A stretch of 64,000 bases of DNA from an uncultured virus (IMG/VR IMGVR_UViG_3300017747_003095) (IMGVR_UViG_3300017747_003095); one strand, 5' to 3'. Positions 8,523 to 16,775 are shown, counted from the stretch's first letter. Notes: a model not told the origin generated them from the letters alone. A program made the numbers and translations.

Positions 8523-9201
8523 AGCTGAGTATTCTTGAGATTGTTGTGGATTTGAATTCTGAATTTGATTTGGTGCGAACACCTGATCCGTTGAGTGAGT
8601 CTGCGATGTCTGCTAGGGTTCTGCCTTGTGCCCTTTGTGAGAACACGTCCCTAACAACAGCGAACTCTTTGCTGCACTGCAATAAGTTGTCACCGTCGTT
8701 ACAGATCCATCCGTATGGGATAATCCCGTTCTTCCGGTAAGTATCCTTCAGGTGTCGCTTGACATCCCTAGTGCGTTCTGAGATTTGATTGCGCTCAAAC
8801 TCAGCAAACATTACTAGCGTTTGAAAAAATAGCCAACCGACAGAAGTAATAGTGTTGAGTGAGTTTCCGCCCATGACAACAATGAACAGAGGTATCTCTT
8901 GGGTGTTCCAATTCTTTACCGTCACTAACGCATCAATAGAGTTACGGAACATCCTATCAACCTTGATGGAAACGACACCGACCTCCTTGCCTTGGCTCTT
9001 CATGACAGCCAGCTCCTTGAGTAGCTTAGCGCCCTGAGGTCTCCTTCCGATCTCCTTGTATGCGGACACATCCTCGTCAGCGAACACTGCACCCATCGTG
9101 TAATCGTTTTGGGTGCAGTATCTTTTTATCGTAGCGAGTTGCATCTCCATAGAGTTCTCCTGATCGTCAGTAGAGACCCTGATGTATGGGAGGATGATCA
9201 T
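8461..9201 (-). CDS. Serine recombinase (resolvase catalytic domain + short recombinase domain)
   Basis: YIRVSTDDQ (catalytic Ser), DEDVSA, RRPQ, VDRMFRN, AEFERNQISER, PYGW. Confidence 0.92.
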   Translation of the reverse strand: MIILPYIRVSTDDQENSMEMQLATIKRYCTQNDYTMGAVFADEDVSAYKEIGRRPQGAKLLKELAVMKSQGKEVGVVSIKVDRMFRNSIDALVTVKNWNTQEIPLFIVVMGGNSLNTITSVGWLFFQTLVMFAEFERNQISERTRDVKRHLKDTYRKNGIIPYGWICNDGDNLLQCSKEFAVVRDVFSQRAQGRTLADIADSLNGSGVRTKSNSEFKSTTISRILSYEPNIRKIREEEYSRETEQV

Positions 9202-9677
9202 GGTCTAGAGATTGAAAGGACTCCGTTTTCAGAGCTGATCTTTAGTTCTTGGACGCCATTGCTGACGATGACGGTGTAACGGTCATCTATGCCTATCCTG
9301 ATGGCATCTATCTTGGTCTCGGTGGTGGTCACGCTAACAACCTCGGGCTCTGTCTTGTTAGCAATCGCAGACGTAGGATCGGCTATGCCGAACACTGGCT
9401 TTGAGTTTGGTGACTTTGCTACGGGAATCCTTCTAGCACCCCTCTCGTGTTCACACTTAGGGCTGTACCCATCGGGGATTGGCTCGTCTAGCTCGCACCA
9501 CTTCCTGAACCAATTGATCAGGGTTCGTGGGTTTATCTCTACATGGGGATGCCTCTCAAGGGTTGAGGTGACTATGCTCAGGTAGTTTGCATGCACACCC
9601 GTGCCTTTCTTCTGACTTTCTAGGTCTAACCTGAAGTCAGCATCGATGTCAATTCTTTTCATTGCATTGTTTTTCAT
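9198..9677 (-). CDS. Hypothetical protein
   Basis: ORF coupled to recombinase start. Confidence 0.6.
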   Translation of the reverse strand: MKNNAMKRIDIDADFRLDLESQKKGTGVHANYLSIVTSTLERHPHVEINPRTLINWFRKWCELDEPIPDGYSPKCEHERGARRIPVAKSPNSKPVFGIADPTSAIANKTEPEVVSVTTTETKIDAIRIGIDDRYTVIVSNGVQELKISSENGVLSISRP

Positions 9678-9699
9678 AGCTCGGTTTTGGGTTTTGTTC

Positions 9700-9945
9700 T
9701 TATGGGAAAGGATCTTCTTCGTCATCATCATCTATCAAGCTGTTGAGCCAGCTCACTAGGTATGGTAAGTTCATCTTGAGTATGTGCACGGGCTGACCCC
9801 ATTGCGACCCTACGGAAGATGCTAGTATCTCGATGTAACCATTGGCTTGTGCGTCGTACCAAATAAATACCACCTCAGCCTCGGATATGATGTTCTCGTC
9901 ACCACGATGATGACGAGAACCAATAAACTCATACTCACTTTCCAT
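9700..9945 (-). CDS. Hypothetical acidic protein
   Basis: 81-aa ORF in co-oriented run. Confidence 0.55.
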   Translation of the reverse strand: MESEYEFIGSRHHRGDENIISEAEVVFIWYDAQANGYIEILASSVGSQWGQPVHILKMNLPYLVSWLNSLIDDDDEEDPFP

Positions 9946-10483
9946 AGTCTCCTAACTTGCCTTCAGTTGCTGCGTAAGTGGCAGCCGATGCCATAATAGA
10001 ATTCAATGCAGCCTCAGGGACTGACTGAAGTATCTGCTTGTAGTTAAACACAAGGGTCAACGGGTCTTTCAGGAACAAGGAATGGAAGTGGGATACTAGT
10101 ATCCCCTTTGAGAAGAATAGCGGAGGTAGTCCGCAGTCTGCTGTGAATTCAGCAAAGATCTCCGCTGTTGGGGTCTCTATCTTATGCTCCACCAAATACT
10201 TCCCGAACATAAAGCCTAGGTGCATCGATACCTCAGAGAACACCTCGGACAGCTCCTCTGCAAATCCGCCATCGAACATGTTCTTGTCCGTGCAGTTCGC
10301 TAAAGCCTGAGCGTCATTGGTCGAGTCATCTGTGTCCGATGTCATCATAGCCAAGCTAGGGGCTAAGGCTTTCCGAAGGAGGTGCATGAGCGTTTCCTTC
10401 TCTTGCTCTGTCAGCTCATTGTCCACTGCGTACTGTTCCTTGTACGACTTCACTGCCTGATTTACTAAATCGCTTTTTGTCAT
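9935..10483 (-). CDS. Hypothetical protein
   Basis: 182-aa ORF in co-oriented run. Confidence 0.65.
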   Translation of the reverse strand: MTKSDLVNQAVKSYKEQYAVDNELTEQEKETLMHLLRKALAPSLAMMTSDTDDSTNDAQALANCTDKNMFDGGFAEELSEVFSEVSMHLGFMFGKYLVEHKIETPTAEIFAEFTADCGLPPLFFSKGILVSHFHSLFLKDPLTLVFNYKQILQSVPEAALNSIMASAATYAATEGKLGDYGK

Positions 10484-10504
10484 TTCTGATTTGATTTTTG
10501 GGGT

Positions 10505-10774
10505 TTATTTTTGTTTTACAATAAATGCTTCGTAGTCCACTATGCCGATGCCGTAACCAATCTCTATAGCGGTTATCACTATTGCATAGCTAGGATGTAT
10601 GTTGCAGAATGAGTGACAGAAATCAGGGATTATTCTAATACCTTTTTTAATGTAATAATCCCTGATCATAGCCTCGGCTTCGAGGCTCATTTGTTTGGAG
10701 GTCAATTCATGACTAGACGTGATGCCTAGTGATAGCCTAGATCCTGGGCTTACACGGGTTACTGCGTATTCCAT
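10505..10774 (-). CDS. Hypothetical protein
   Basis: 89-aa ORF downstream of promoter at 10794-10801. Confidence 0.55.
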   Translation of the reverse strand: MEYAVTRVSPGSRLSLGITSSHELTSKQMSLEAEAMIRDYYIKKGIRIIPDFCHSFCNIHPSYAIVITAIEIGYGIGIVDYEAFIVKQK

Positions 10775-10793
10775 TTTGCTGGTTTTGGGTGGG

Positions 10794-10801
10794 CAAATAT
10801 A
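10794..10801 (-). promoter_or_regulatory. Bacteroidota sigma-A -7 element
   Basis: TATATTTG on minus strand with TTTG upstream, intergenic. Confidence 0.6.
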
Positions 10802-10826
10802 TTAATTTATTTACAAAACAAAATAT

Positions 10827-11240
10827 TTATGGTCTTGCCTGAGCTATTTCGTACTGTTTCTTGATCTTATTCGCCATGTACTGCTCTAGTTCGTCATGCC
10901 ATTCGCCATCCCATTGACGGGCTTGGTTGGTTCGTTCGAACTCTGTGGTAAACTCTTGCGCTGCCTGCCATTTGCTTCCCATCCCATCGAAGAGGTTGAT
11001 ATCCTCCTCCATCAAGGCTTTGTCTTCCGCCCGTTCGATGGCAGCGGCGATCTCGTAGTGGGACTCGAGGTAGCACTCGAAGCCTTCGATGTCAGCCTTG
11101 CCCCATATGGCGTCCTTGTGCTTGCCTTCGTCTTCTAGCTTGGCGAAGTATGCGGATGCGTCTGATTGGCTCAGGAATAAGCGCATGGATATCATTGCGC
11201 CAGTGTTTGGATTGTTGAGGATGATTACGTGTGCCTTCAT
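10827..11240 (-). CDS. Hypothetical early protein
   Basis: ATGA coupled to upstream ORF. Confidence 0.6.
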   Translation of the reverse strand: MKAHVIILNNPNTGAMISMRLFLSQSDASAYFAKLEDEGKHKDAIWGKADIEGFECYLESHYEIAAAIERAEDKALMEEDINLFDGMGSKWQAAQEFTTEFERTNQARQWDGEWHDELEQYMANKIKKQYEIAQARP

Positions 11241-11458
11241 GATGTCTGTAGGTTTTCTTTTTCTGATTCTATTTCGGTATCTATTGCGAACCATATCTGC
11301 TCCATTGTTGCAGGGTTTGTTAGTGCGCCATTGAGGATGTCTTGCGCTGTCTCAGGGTCACAAGTGAACCTGCTGTACACATCATCGATGTGCCATAGGT
11401 TGTCTACAAAGAACCCTGCGTCTCGCAAGGTGGCTTTAGCTTTTTCAATTTCATTCAT
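11237..11458 (-). CDS. Hypothetical early protein
   Basis: LRDAGFFVDNLWHIDDV...AQDIL motif. Confidence 0.6.
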   Translation of the reverse strand: MNEIEKAKATLRDAGFFVDNLWHIDDVYSRFTCDPETAQDILNGALTNPATMEQIWFAIDTEIESEKENLQTS

Positions 11459-11481
11459 TGGTCTTAGAATATGGGTTAGTT

Positions 11482-11844
11482 TTATTTTATGATCCAATGT
11501 AATCTACCTTCCTGCACTTCGAAGGTCTCGTCGCTTTCGTCCCAATCAAGGAACAGCTGAACGCCTCCCCTAATATCTTCCTCAGAAAAGGCGAACGGAA
11601 GAATTACTGAGTGTATGAACTCTCCGCTCACGACGTCGGAATGAAAGTATTCAGCCCTGAGCAAGTCGAAAATCTTTTCCTTGTCTCCAATCGGCTCATA
11701 AGAATCTGCTCTTATGAACTCTAGGTCAAACTTTTCAAGGCTAGTCTCTTCGGCTATCCTGATTGCTTCATTTTCGCTCTCTGCTTCGACCTCTATCACA
11801 CATCTGTATGTGGCGTAGCACTGTATTGCGATTTTCTTTTTCAT
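11482..11844 (-). CDS. Hypothetical early protein
   Basis: IEVEAESENEAIRIA motif frequent in small phage early proteins. Confidence 0.6.
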   Translation of the reverse strand: MKKKIAIQCYATYRCVIEVEAESENEAIRIAEETSLEKFDLEFIRADSYEPIGDKEKIFDLLRAEYFHSDVVSGEFIHSVILPFAFSEEDIRGGVQLFLDWDESDETFEVQEGRLHWIIK

Positions 11845-11855
11845 GATGATTTGGG

Positions 11856-12209
11856 TTATGGGTTTAGGGTTTCAATGGATCTATCGATTGATAGGATCAG
11901 TTCTCTTGGGATGCTGTGTTCGAACTCACAGTCTAGATCCGAGTGCTCGTAGTGGTCAGGTGTGTCTCTATCGCCTTGGATCTTGTGCTCGATCACGCTG
12001 CCGTTTACGAGCATAGATATGCGCAAGTAACCTCTCTGATGTAGTACAGATAGGTCAGTGTACTTCAGGTCAGGAAACCACTTGTCGAAGATGGTCTCTA
12101 GGAATAGCTGATCTACGTCTTCACTTGGGACTTGATTTAGTTCTTTGGGGACAGCAGCTAGGATATCAACCCTAGCTGTGATGGCGATTGGTTTTGGCTT
12201 GTTTCTCAT
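11856..12209 (-). CDS. Hypothetical early protein
   Basis: 117-aa ORF. Confidence 0.6.
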   Translation of the reverse strand: MRNKPKPIAITARVDILAAVPKELNQVPSEDVDQLFLETIFDKWFPDLKYTDLSVLHQRGYLRISMLVNGSVIEHKIQGDRDTPDHYEHSDLDCEFEHSIPRELILSIDRSIETLNP

Positions 12210-12234
12210 TTGGAGATGGTTGATTAAGTTTGGC

Positions 12235-12295
12235 TCAGGCAGAGGGGCTCGAACCCTCGAACGAGCATGTGCCCGTTTGCGCCTTGCTTACCCGA
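12235..12295 (-). ncRNA. tRNA-like element copy A (acceptor-like stem + T-arm, no D-stem or anticodon loop)
   Basis: TCGGGTA-AGCAAGGCGCA-AACGGGCA-CA-TGCTCGTT-C-GAGGG-TTCGAGC-CCCTC-TGCCTGA. Confidence 0.7.
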
Positions 12296-12301
12296 TGCGT
12301 G

Positions 12302-13261
12302 TTATGCCATCACAAAGGATGGTTCGTTGATCCAAGACAGTAACTGCTTGTATGCCCTCTCGTTGGTCTCAGCATCGCTGCCGAACATCAGGCTGTAGTC
12401 CTTGTCACGGGTGTTCGATGTGTGGTTAGTGTAACGGGTCACCGCATTGAACAGTGCCCATAGGGTCTCACCTTGCTCATCGATCGACTTGTCGATGTCC
12501 GCAGCGAATGCAGCCATGTTGTTCTTGGTCTTGCTGCTCACGTCCGCAGCGGATGTGGTGATGCTCTTCCCGAACACACTCGATACGATATCAGCGATGT
12601 GCTGACGTTCGAACCTGCGTGTACTGGCGATCTCGAATACCTGCATCTGATTGTCCTCGAACGTGAGCACCTTGCGCAGGGATGCTACTGCCTCATCGAT
12701 GCGCTGCTGCATTGAGGATGTGTGTCTGATCTTGCTCACGTCACGATTGGCGATGGCGAATGTGTTAGCGCAGCAGATCACCTGATTGGTCGTGCCGAAG
12801 CCGAGGGACATGCTCCCATCATGGCTGTTGGTCAGGGTGATGAAGCGATTGATACCGCTCTTGCCGATGTGCAGTTGAGGTAGCTCCATCTGAACGAACA
12901 CCCGAGATCCGCCTCGTAGTGACCCTCCGCCCATGTTCCCGAACGACCCGAGGGTCTCGGAATTGTTCCATGGGTGAATTAGTTCTAGGTCTGTGCTGAA
13001 GACCTCCTTTCCGGCATCGTATGCGATGCTCACCATCTCGCTGTTCTGTAGGTGCTCGTAACGTGACCCTACGATGCCGAGGTACGCATTCGAATCGCTG
13101 CGGATGGATGCGTATGAATCGGGCACTACGAGCAGGTCATCCGCTGCCGTGTTCACGTACATCTTTTCTTTGGTCACAGTCCAATTGAGACCCGTTGCCT
13201 GAAGGATTTCGAAAATGATTTCTTCTCTTGTCATGTTGTTGTTTGTTGATGCTGTGTTCAT
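12302..13261 (-). CDS. DUF932/DUF945 phage/plasmid-like protein
   Basis: GLNWTV, LGIVGSRYEHLQN, GSLRGGSRVF, NSHDGS, VICCANT, IRHT, TLWALFNAVTRY. Confidence 0.85.
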   Translation of the reverse strand: MNTASTNNNMTREEIIFEILQATGLNWTVTKEKMYVNTAADDLLVVPDSYASIRSDSNAYLGIVGSRYEHLQNSEMVSIAYDAGKEVFSTDLELIHPWNNSETLGSFGNMGGGSLRGGSRVFVQMELPQLHIGKSGINRFITLTNSHDGSMSLGFGTTNQVICCANTFAIANRDVSKIRHTSSMQQRIDEAVASLRKVLTFEDNQMQVFEIASTRRFERQHIADIVSSVFGKSITTSAADVSSKTKNNMAAFAADIDKSIDEQGETLWALFNAVTRYTNHTSNTRDKDYSLMFGSDAETNERAYKQLLSWINEPSFVMA

Positions 13262-13269
13262 GATTGAAT

Positions 13270-13308
13270 GTGCGTGTAGAGTCGCACCCCTCGGTCTTGT
13301 GTGGGTTA
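13270..13308 (-). repeat. 39-bp intergenic cassette repeat R1
   Basis: TAACCCACACAAGACCGAGGGGTGCGACTCTACACGCAC; begins with upstream stop, 8 nt before ATG 13261. Confidence 0.95.
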
Positions 13309-13848
13309 AGAAATGAATTTGTTGTATTGTTCCTCTGTGATCTCTGTGTATCCCGACCAACCATCGAACTCACTAAGCAATGTGGTTGGCGAATCTGTGA
13401 TTGGATCGTAGGCACACACAGAGAAGTCACCACTCTTTTTTATCTTATTGATAGCCTTGTCAATGTTAGAACTGTCATGATAAACCTCACACGCATCATA
13501 CCCGAATAGAAAGTATTGCATCTGTTTTTTGCGGTCATCAACAATTTGAATTAGCTTGATAAGACAAGCTAGTTCGTCCTCATGATTGGCAATCACAGTG
13601 TGCAGTTCGTACTTCTCTCGAAAGAATCTAAATGCTTGTGAGAATGTAGGTGCTGTTACTGTCTTAGGAGCGTAAGAATTATCAATGAGGTGCTCATCTG
13701 AATTGATCCGTGAGGATGCTGTATATGCAGCCCATAGGAACTTATTGTCGTCCTTCTCTGCTGCTGAATATAATGCCACGCATGGCTCTTTAAATCCTAG
13801 CCTTTTGAGTATTAATGATTGCTCGTATGGCACAAAGTCTTTTTGCAT
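13306..13848 (-). CDS. Hypothetical protein, YFLFG-domain paralogue 1
   Basis: C-terminal YFLFG...AYDP...LL..F.GW...EITEEQY shared with two neighbours. Confidence 0.75.
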   Translation of the reverse strand: MQKDFVPYEQSLILKRLGFKEPCVALYSAAEKDDNKFLWAAYTASSRINSDEHLIDNSYAPKTVTAPTFSQAFRFFREKYELHTVIANHEDELACLIKLIQIVDDRKKQMQYFLFGYDACEVYHDSSNIDKAINKIKKSGDFSVCAYDPITDSPTTLLSEFDGWSGYTEITEEQYNKFIS

Positions 13849-13856
13849 GATGAAAC

Positions 13857-13895
13857 GTGCGTATAGAGTCGCACCCCTCGGTCTTGTGTGGGTTA
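13857..13895 (-). repeat. 39-bp intergenic cassette repeat R2
   Basis: One transition vs R1 (loop); 8 nt before ATG 13848. Confidence 0.95.
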
Positions 13896-13898
13896 AAA

Positions 13899-14054
13899 TT
13901 AGTGTGATGAAAGGTCATTTAGGGCATCGATCTCAGCCTCTTCTAGGTAGATCCTGAAGCCATTACTTAGGACGATATAGTCAAAGCCTATATCGATTAT
14001 TCTCTTGTTTATGAGAACCTCTTTTGTCTGTTCTGATATGCCTGATGCGCTCAT
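13899..14054 (-). CDS. Small hypothetical protein
   Basis: MSASGISEQTKEVL...; fills gap between paralogue 2 and R2. Confidence 0.55.
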   Translation of the reverse strand: MSASGISEQTKEVLINKRIIDIGFDYIVLSNGFRIYLEEAEIDALNDLSSH

Positions 14055-14058
14055 GCTC

Positions 14059-14466
14059 TTAAGACTTGAATTTGTAGTATTGTTCTTCGGTGATCTCTGT
14101 GTGTAAAAACCATGCACCAAATGCAGATAGCAATTGGTTTGGAGTTGATGTCATCGGATTGTAAGCAAACACTTTGAAGTTGGCATCTCTTTTTATCTTA
14201 TCGATTGCTTGGTCTATGCTAATCGTGCCATTGTAAAGATCGGACGGCTCATAGCCAAAGAGAAAATATTTCGTATCCCTTTTGTAATGGTCAAAGAAGT
14301 CGATCATGCATGCGTACTCACCCTTGTCTTGCTTAGAGAACGCTGACTTGTCATATGCATCGTAAAGGCTTTGGTCGACATCAAACTGTCGGTCGTACTC
14401 TAGCTTACTAGGCAGGATCTCTACTCTGAGCTGAACGAATAGGTAAAATGAATATGTGTTTGACAT
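14059..14466 (-). CDS. Hypothetical protein, YFLFG-domain paralogue 2
   Basis: YFLFG...AYNP...LLSAFGAW..TEITEEQY. Confidence 0.75.
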   Translation of the reverse strand: MSNTYSFYLFVQLRVEILPSKLEYDRQFDVDQSLYDAYDKSAFSKQDKGEYACMIDFFDHYKRDTKYFLFGYEPSDLYNGTISIDQAIDKIKRDANFKVFAYNPMTSTPNQLLSAFGAWFLHTEITEEQYYKFKS

Positions 14467-14473
14467 TGTGAAT

Positions 14474-14512
14474 GTGCGTGTAGAGTCGCACCCCTCGGTC
14501 TTGTGTGGGTTA
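14474..14512 (-). repeat. 39-bp intergenic cassette repeat R3
   Basis: Identical to R1; contains upstream TAA, 7 nt before ATG 14466. Confidence 0.95.
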
Positions 14513-14824
14513 GATATTGTTGTATACTTTTAGTTCTCCGCTTTCTTCTAGCTCTTTTCTGATCGTGTATCTCCACGTTGAAAGTTCGCTGTACCTGCCA
14601 TCTTCAAAGTAGTAGTTCAGGTCTAGTATGTCCAATTCGGATAGGTTTGGTTGGAGTCCATATCTCCTGAAGAACCAATCGTTAAATTCAGCGACATCGA
14701 ACCTATCGATGAAGTCGATGTAACATGGCTCTTCTTCAGAGTCCTTATCGAATTGCAAGATCGCTCCGGTGGCTGTATCTATCTCTACGACACCCCACGA
14801 TGATATTAATCTTGTTGTATCCAT
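14510..14824 (-). CDS. Hypothetical acidic early protein
   Basis: MDTTRLISSWG...; lies exactly between R4 and R3. Confidence 0.7.
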   Translation of the reverse strand: MDTTRLISSWGVVEIDTATGAILQFDKDSEEEPCYIDFIDRFDVAEFNDWFFRRYGLQPNLSELDILDLNYYFEDGRYSELSTWRYTIRKELEESGELKVYNNI

Positions 14825-14831
14825 GGTAAGT

Positions 14832-14870
14832 GTGCGTATGGAGTCGCACCCCTCGGTCTTGTATGGGTTA
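14832..14870 (-). repeat. 39-bp intergenic cassette repeat R4
   Basis: Three transitions vs R1, none in stem; 7 nt before ATG 14824. Confidence 0.95.
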
Positions 14871-14871
14871 G

Positions 14872-15120
14872 TTATTTTGATGTGAATGCTACGATGCCCT
14901 TCATGGCTTCTGTGTCGATGTCGATCTCTTCCATGACCATCCCCTCGATGCCTAGCTCTTGTTGAGCCTTCTCGAGAGCCATGTCCCATTCATCGGAAAA
15001 GTCATCAGCGGTTATCTTTGGGACTTCCTTCCTGAAGTCGACAAAGTTAGACTTGAGTTTGTCCCAAAGCATATCCGCTCCCGTCTCAGTCTTAGCTACG
15101 ATTTGAAAGTATGTGCTCAT
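14872..15120 (-). CDS. Hypothetical acidic protein
   Basis: 82-aa ORF. Confidence 0.65.
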   Translation of the reverse strand: MSTYFQIVAKTETGADMLWDKLKSNFVDFRKEVPKITADDFSDEWDMALEKAQQELGIEGMVMEEIDIDTEAMKGIVAFTSK

Positions 15121-15121
15121 C

Positions 15122-15508
15122 CTATTTCTTTTTAAGTTCGTAATACTCTTCTTTGAAGATCTTGCAGTAGTCTGCCCATCCGCTGAATTTCTCTAGCAAT
15201 GTTTCGGGAGGGTCTACAATCGGATTGTATGCGAAGACAGCGTGAGATTTCTTGCTTATCTCTTGCAGATAGCAAGAAAGCCCTTCTCTGTGCTCATAAG
15301 CCTGAACAGCGAGCTCACCGAATAGGAAGTAGGTGATCCCATTCTTCACATGGGTCAGGAATTCCTCCATGCTGTGGGGTGACTTGAGCCATGCCTGATA
15401 GAGCGATTTGTCGATGCCGTACTGGGCGTTTGCCTCACGTTCGGCAGGGATCATCTTGTTGCGTAGGTCTACGAAAATGTAGAATTGATATTCTGAGTTA
15501 GAGTTCAT
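15122..15508 (-). CDS. Hypothetical protein, YFLFG-domain paralogue 3
   Basis: YFLFG...AYNP...LLEKFSGW; N-terminus similar to paralogue 2. Confidence 0.75.
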   Translation of the reverse strand: MNSNSEYQFYIFVDLRNKMIPAEREANAQYGIDKSLYQAWLKSPHSMEEFLTHVKNGITYFLFGELAVQAYEHREGLSCYLQEISKKSHAVFAYNPIVDPPETLLEKFSGWADYCKIFKEEYYELKKK

Positions 15509-15514
15509 GTGGAT

Positions 15515-15553
15515 GTGCGTGTAGAGTCGCACCCCTCGGTCTTGTATGGGTTA
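15515..15553 (-). repeat. 39-bp intergenic cassette repeat R5
   Basis: One transition vs R1; 6 nt before ATG 15508. Confidence 0.95.
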
Positions 15554-15573
15554 GTATGGGTTTCTTTGCACTA

Positions 15574-15858
15574 TCATCGGGTCACATATTCCCTCTTCGG
15601 AATGTTCCAAATGGATGGGATCGGCATCTCGATCTTGTAGTCGAGGGATGTCTCAAGGTCAGCTAACACTAGCTGTGCTGCTGTCCAATCGGATGGTATC
15701 ATGCTGCGCTCGATCGGGAGCACAGACTCAACTGTGCTCACTTGCCGGAGATAACGAACAGCCAAGATCACCTTGGTCTGTTCGTATGGCACAGCGATCG
15801 TAGGTCTGATCCTCTCGTAGGTCACACCTACAATCGATCTCTCGTTATATGCTCCCAT
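15574..15858 (-). CDS. Hypothetical protein
   Basis: 94-aa ORF. Confidence 0.6.
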   Translation of the reverse strand: MGAYNERSIVGVTYERIRPTIAVPYEQTKVILAVRYLRQVSTVESVLPIERSMIPSDWTAAQLVLADLETSLDYKIEMPIPSIWNIPKREYVTR

Positions 15859-15861
15859 GGG

Positions 15862-16032
15862 TTAGAATCTGATCTTTGAGCCCTTGGTGATGGATGTGTA
15901 CTTGCCCTGCTTCTTGCCGTGATTGGTACAGATACCTCCGCATCCGTGAGAAGATACGCAAGAGGAAAGCATAGAGATTAAGAGAACCAAGGCAACTAAT
16001 GCCTTCAGGATCATGAATGAGTTATTTTTCAT
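15862..16032 (-). CDS. Small predicted lipoprotein (not in ORF track)
   Basis: MKNNSFMILKALVALVLLISMLSS-CVSSHGCGGICTNHGKKQGK...; hydrophobic core + LSSC lipobox. Confidence 0.65.
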   Translation of the reverse strand: MKNNSFMILKALVALVLLISMLSSCVSSHGCGGICTNHGKKQGKYTSITKGSKIRF

Positions 16033-16061
16033 CGCTCGATGTGTTTTGGGATTGGGTTATG

Positions 16062-16337
16062 TTAAACTGCTGCCTTAACTAAGACAGATAATACTTGCAT
16101 GTGTAATTCGTACGGAAGATTGCCTTCCTTGGAGACCTTCAACAAGGTCTCGAATAGGTCAGGTGCTGATGCGATCAACTTTGCATTGGCATCGAATTCC
16201 TCGTAGTTAGGGATATGATGACCCCATCCTGCTACATGACAGATCCGTCTTACTGTAGCTGTATTATTGTCTTCAGCGATTACTGATAAGCTATCGAGGT
16301 CTCCTTCGACCTTCCATGTTCCTTTGGTGATGTTCAT
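16062..16337 (-). CDS. Conserved small phage protein (T-x-G-x-W ... ANAxLIAxAPDL family)
   Basis: TKGTWKV...ANAKLIASAPDLFETL. Confidence 0.75.
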   Translation of the reverse strand: MNITKGTWKVEGDLDSLSVIAEDNNTATVRRICHVAGWGHHIPNYEEFDANAKLIASAPDLFETLLKVSKEGNLPYELHMQVLSVLVKAAV

Positions 16338-16340
16338 GAC

Positions 16341-16775
16341 TCTATGAATTTGGGGTGAATTATTGAATGATTAAATCCTCAAGAATTGATTTGTAAAAAG
16401 GTCGAGATTCTTTATCGCTCTCAATGGCTTGACCGAGGTCACGAACTAGCATTCGGTGAGCATCGATGTAATCACCGAAGCACTCGTCTTGTATCTCATG
16501 CCATGACCCGTTAGAATCAAAGAACATGAGGATGGATAAAGCCTGCTTGAATTTTAGCTCTTCTGCCGTTACTTTTCTTAGGTTCATAGGTGTGCCACCC
16601 AATGCCCAATCGAAAATGTAACCATGGGGTTCTAATGCAGCCTCTAAGTGAAGGCATGAATCATAATCATTCTCTGCATCTAGGAATGATTCAACTAATG
16701 CCCGAACATTATCGGGCAGGAGGATTGTTGAATTGAATAAATCTTGCATGATCTATGAATTTGGGGTGAATTATT
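16341..16775 (-). repeat. Pair of 24-bp identical intergenic direct repeats flanking one gene
   Basis: TCTATGAATTTGGGGTGAATTATT at 16341-16364 and 16752-16775. Confidence 0.9.
16360..16749 (-). CDS. Hypothetical early protein
   Basis: MQDLF...LLPDNVRAL...GYIFDWALGG.P.NLR. Confidence 0.7.
   Translation of the reverse strand: MQDLFNSTILLPDNVRALVESFLDAENDYDSCLHLEAALEPHGYIFDWALGGTPMNLRKVTAEELKFKQALSILMFFDSNGSWHEIQDECFGDYIDAHRMLVRDLGQAIESDKESRPFYKSILEDLIIQ

Noticed and set aside
13270..15553. CRISPR array interpretation of the 39-bp repeats
   Set aside because: Intervening sequences are ~320-640 bp, variable and protein-coding; no cas operon (the PD-(D/E)XK nuclease sits with the SSB in a recombination context)
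13270..16775. Classical integron (IntI/attC) or diversity-generating retroelement
   Set aside because: No tyrosine integrase or reverse transcriptase recognised; repeats lack the long attC palindrome and no adenine-specific TR/VR pair was seen
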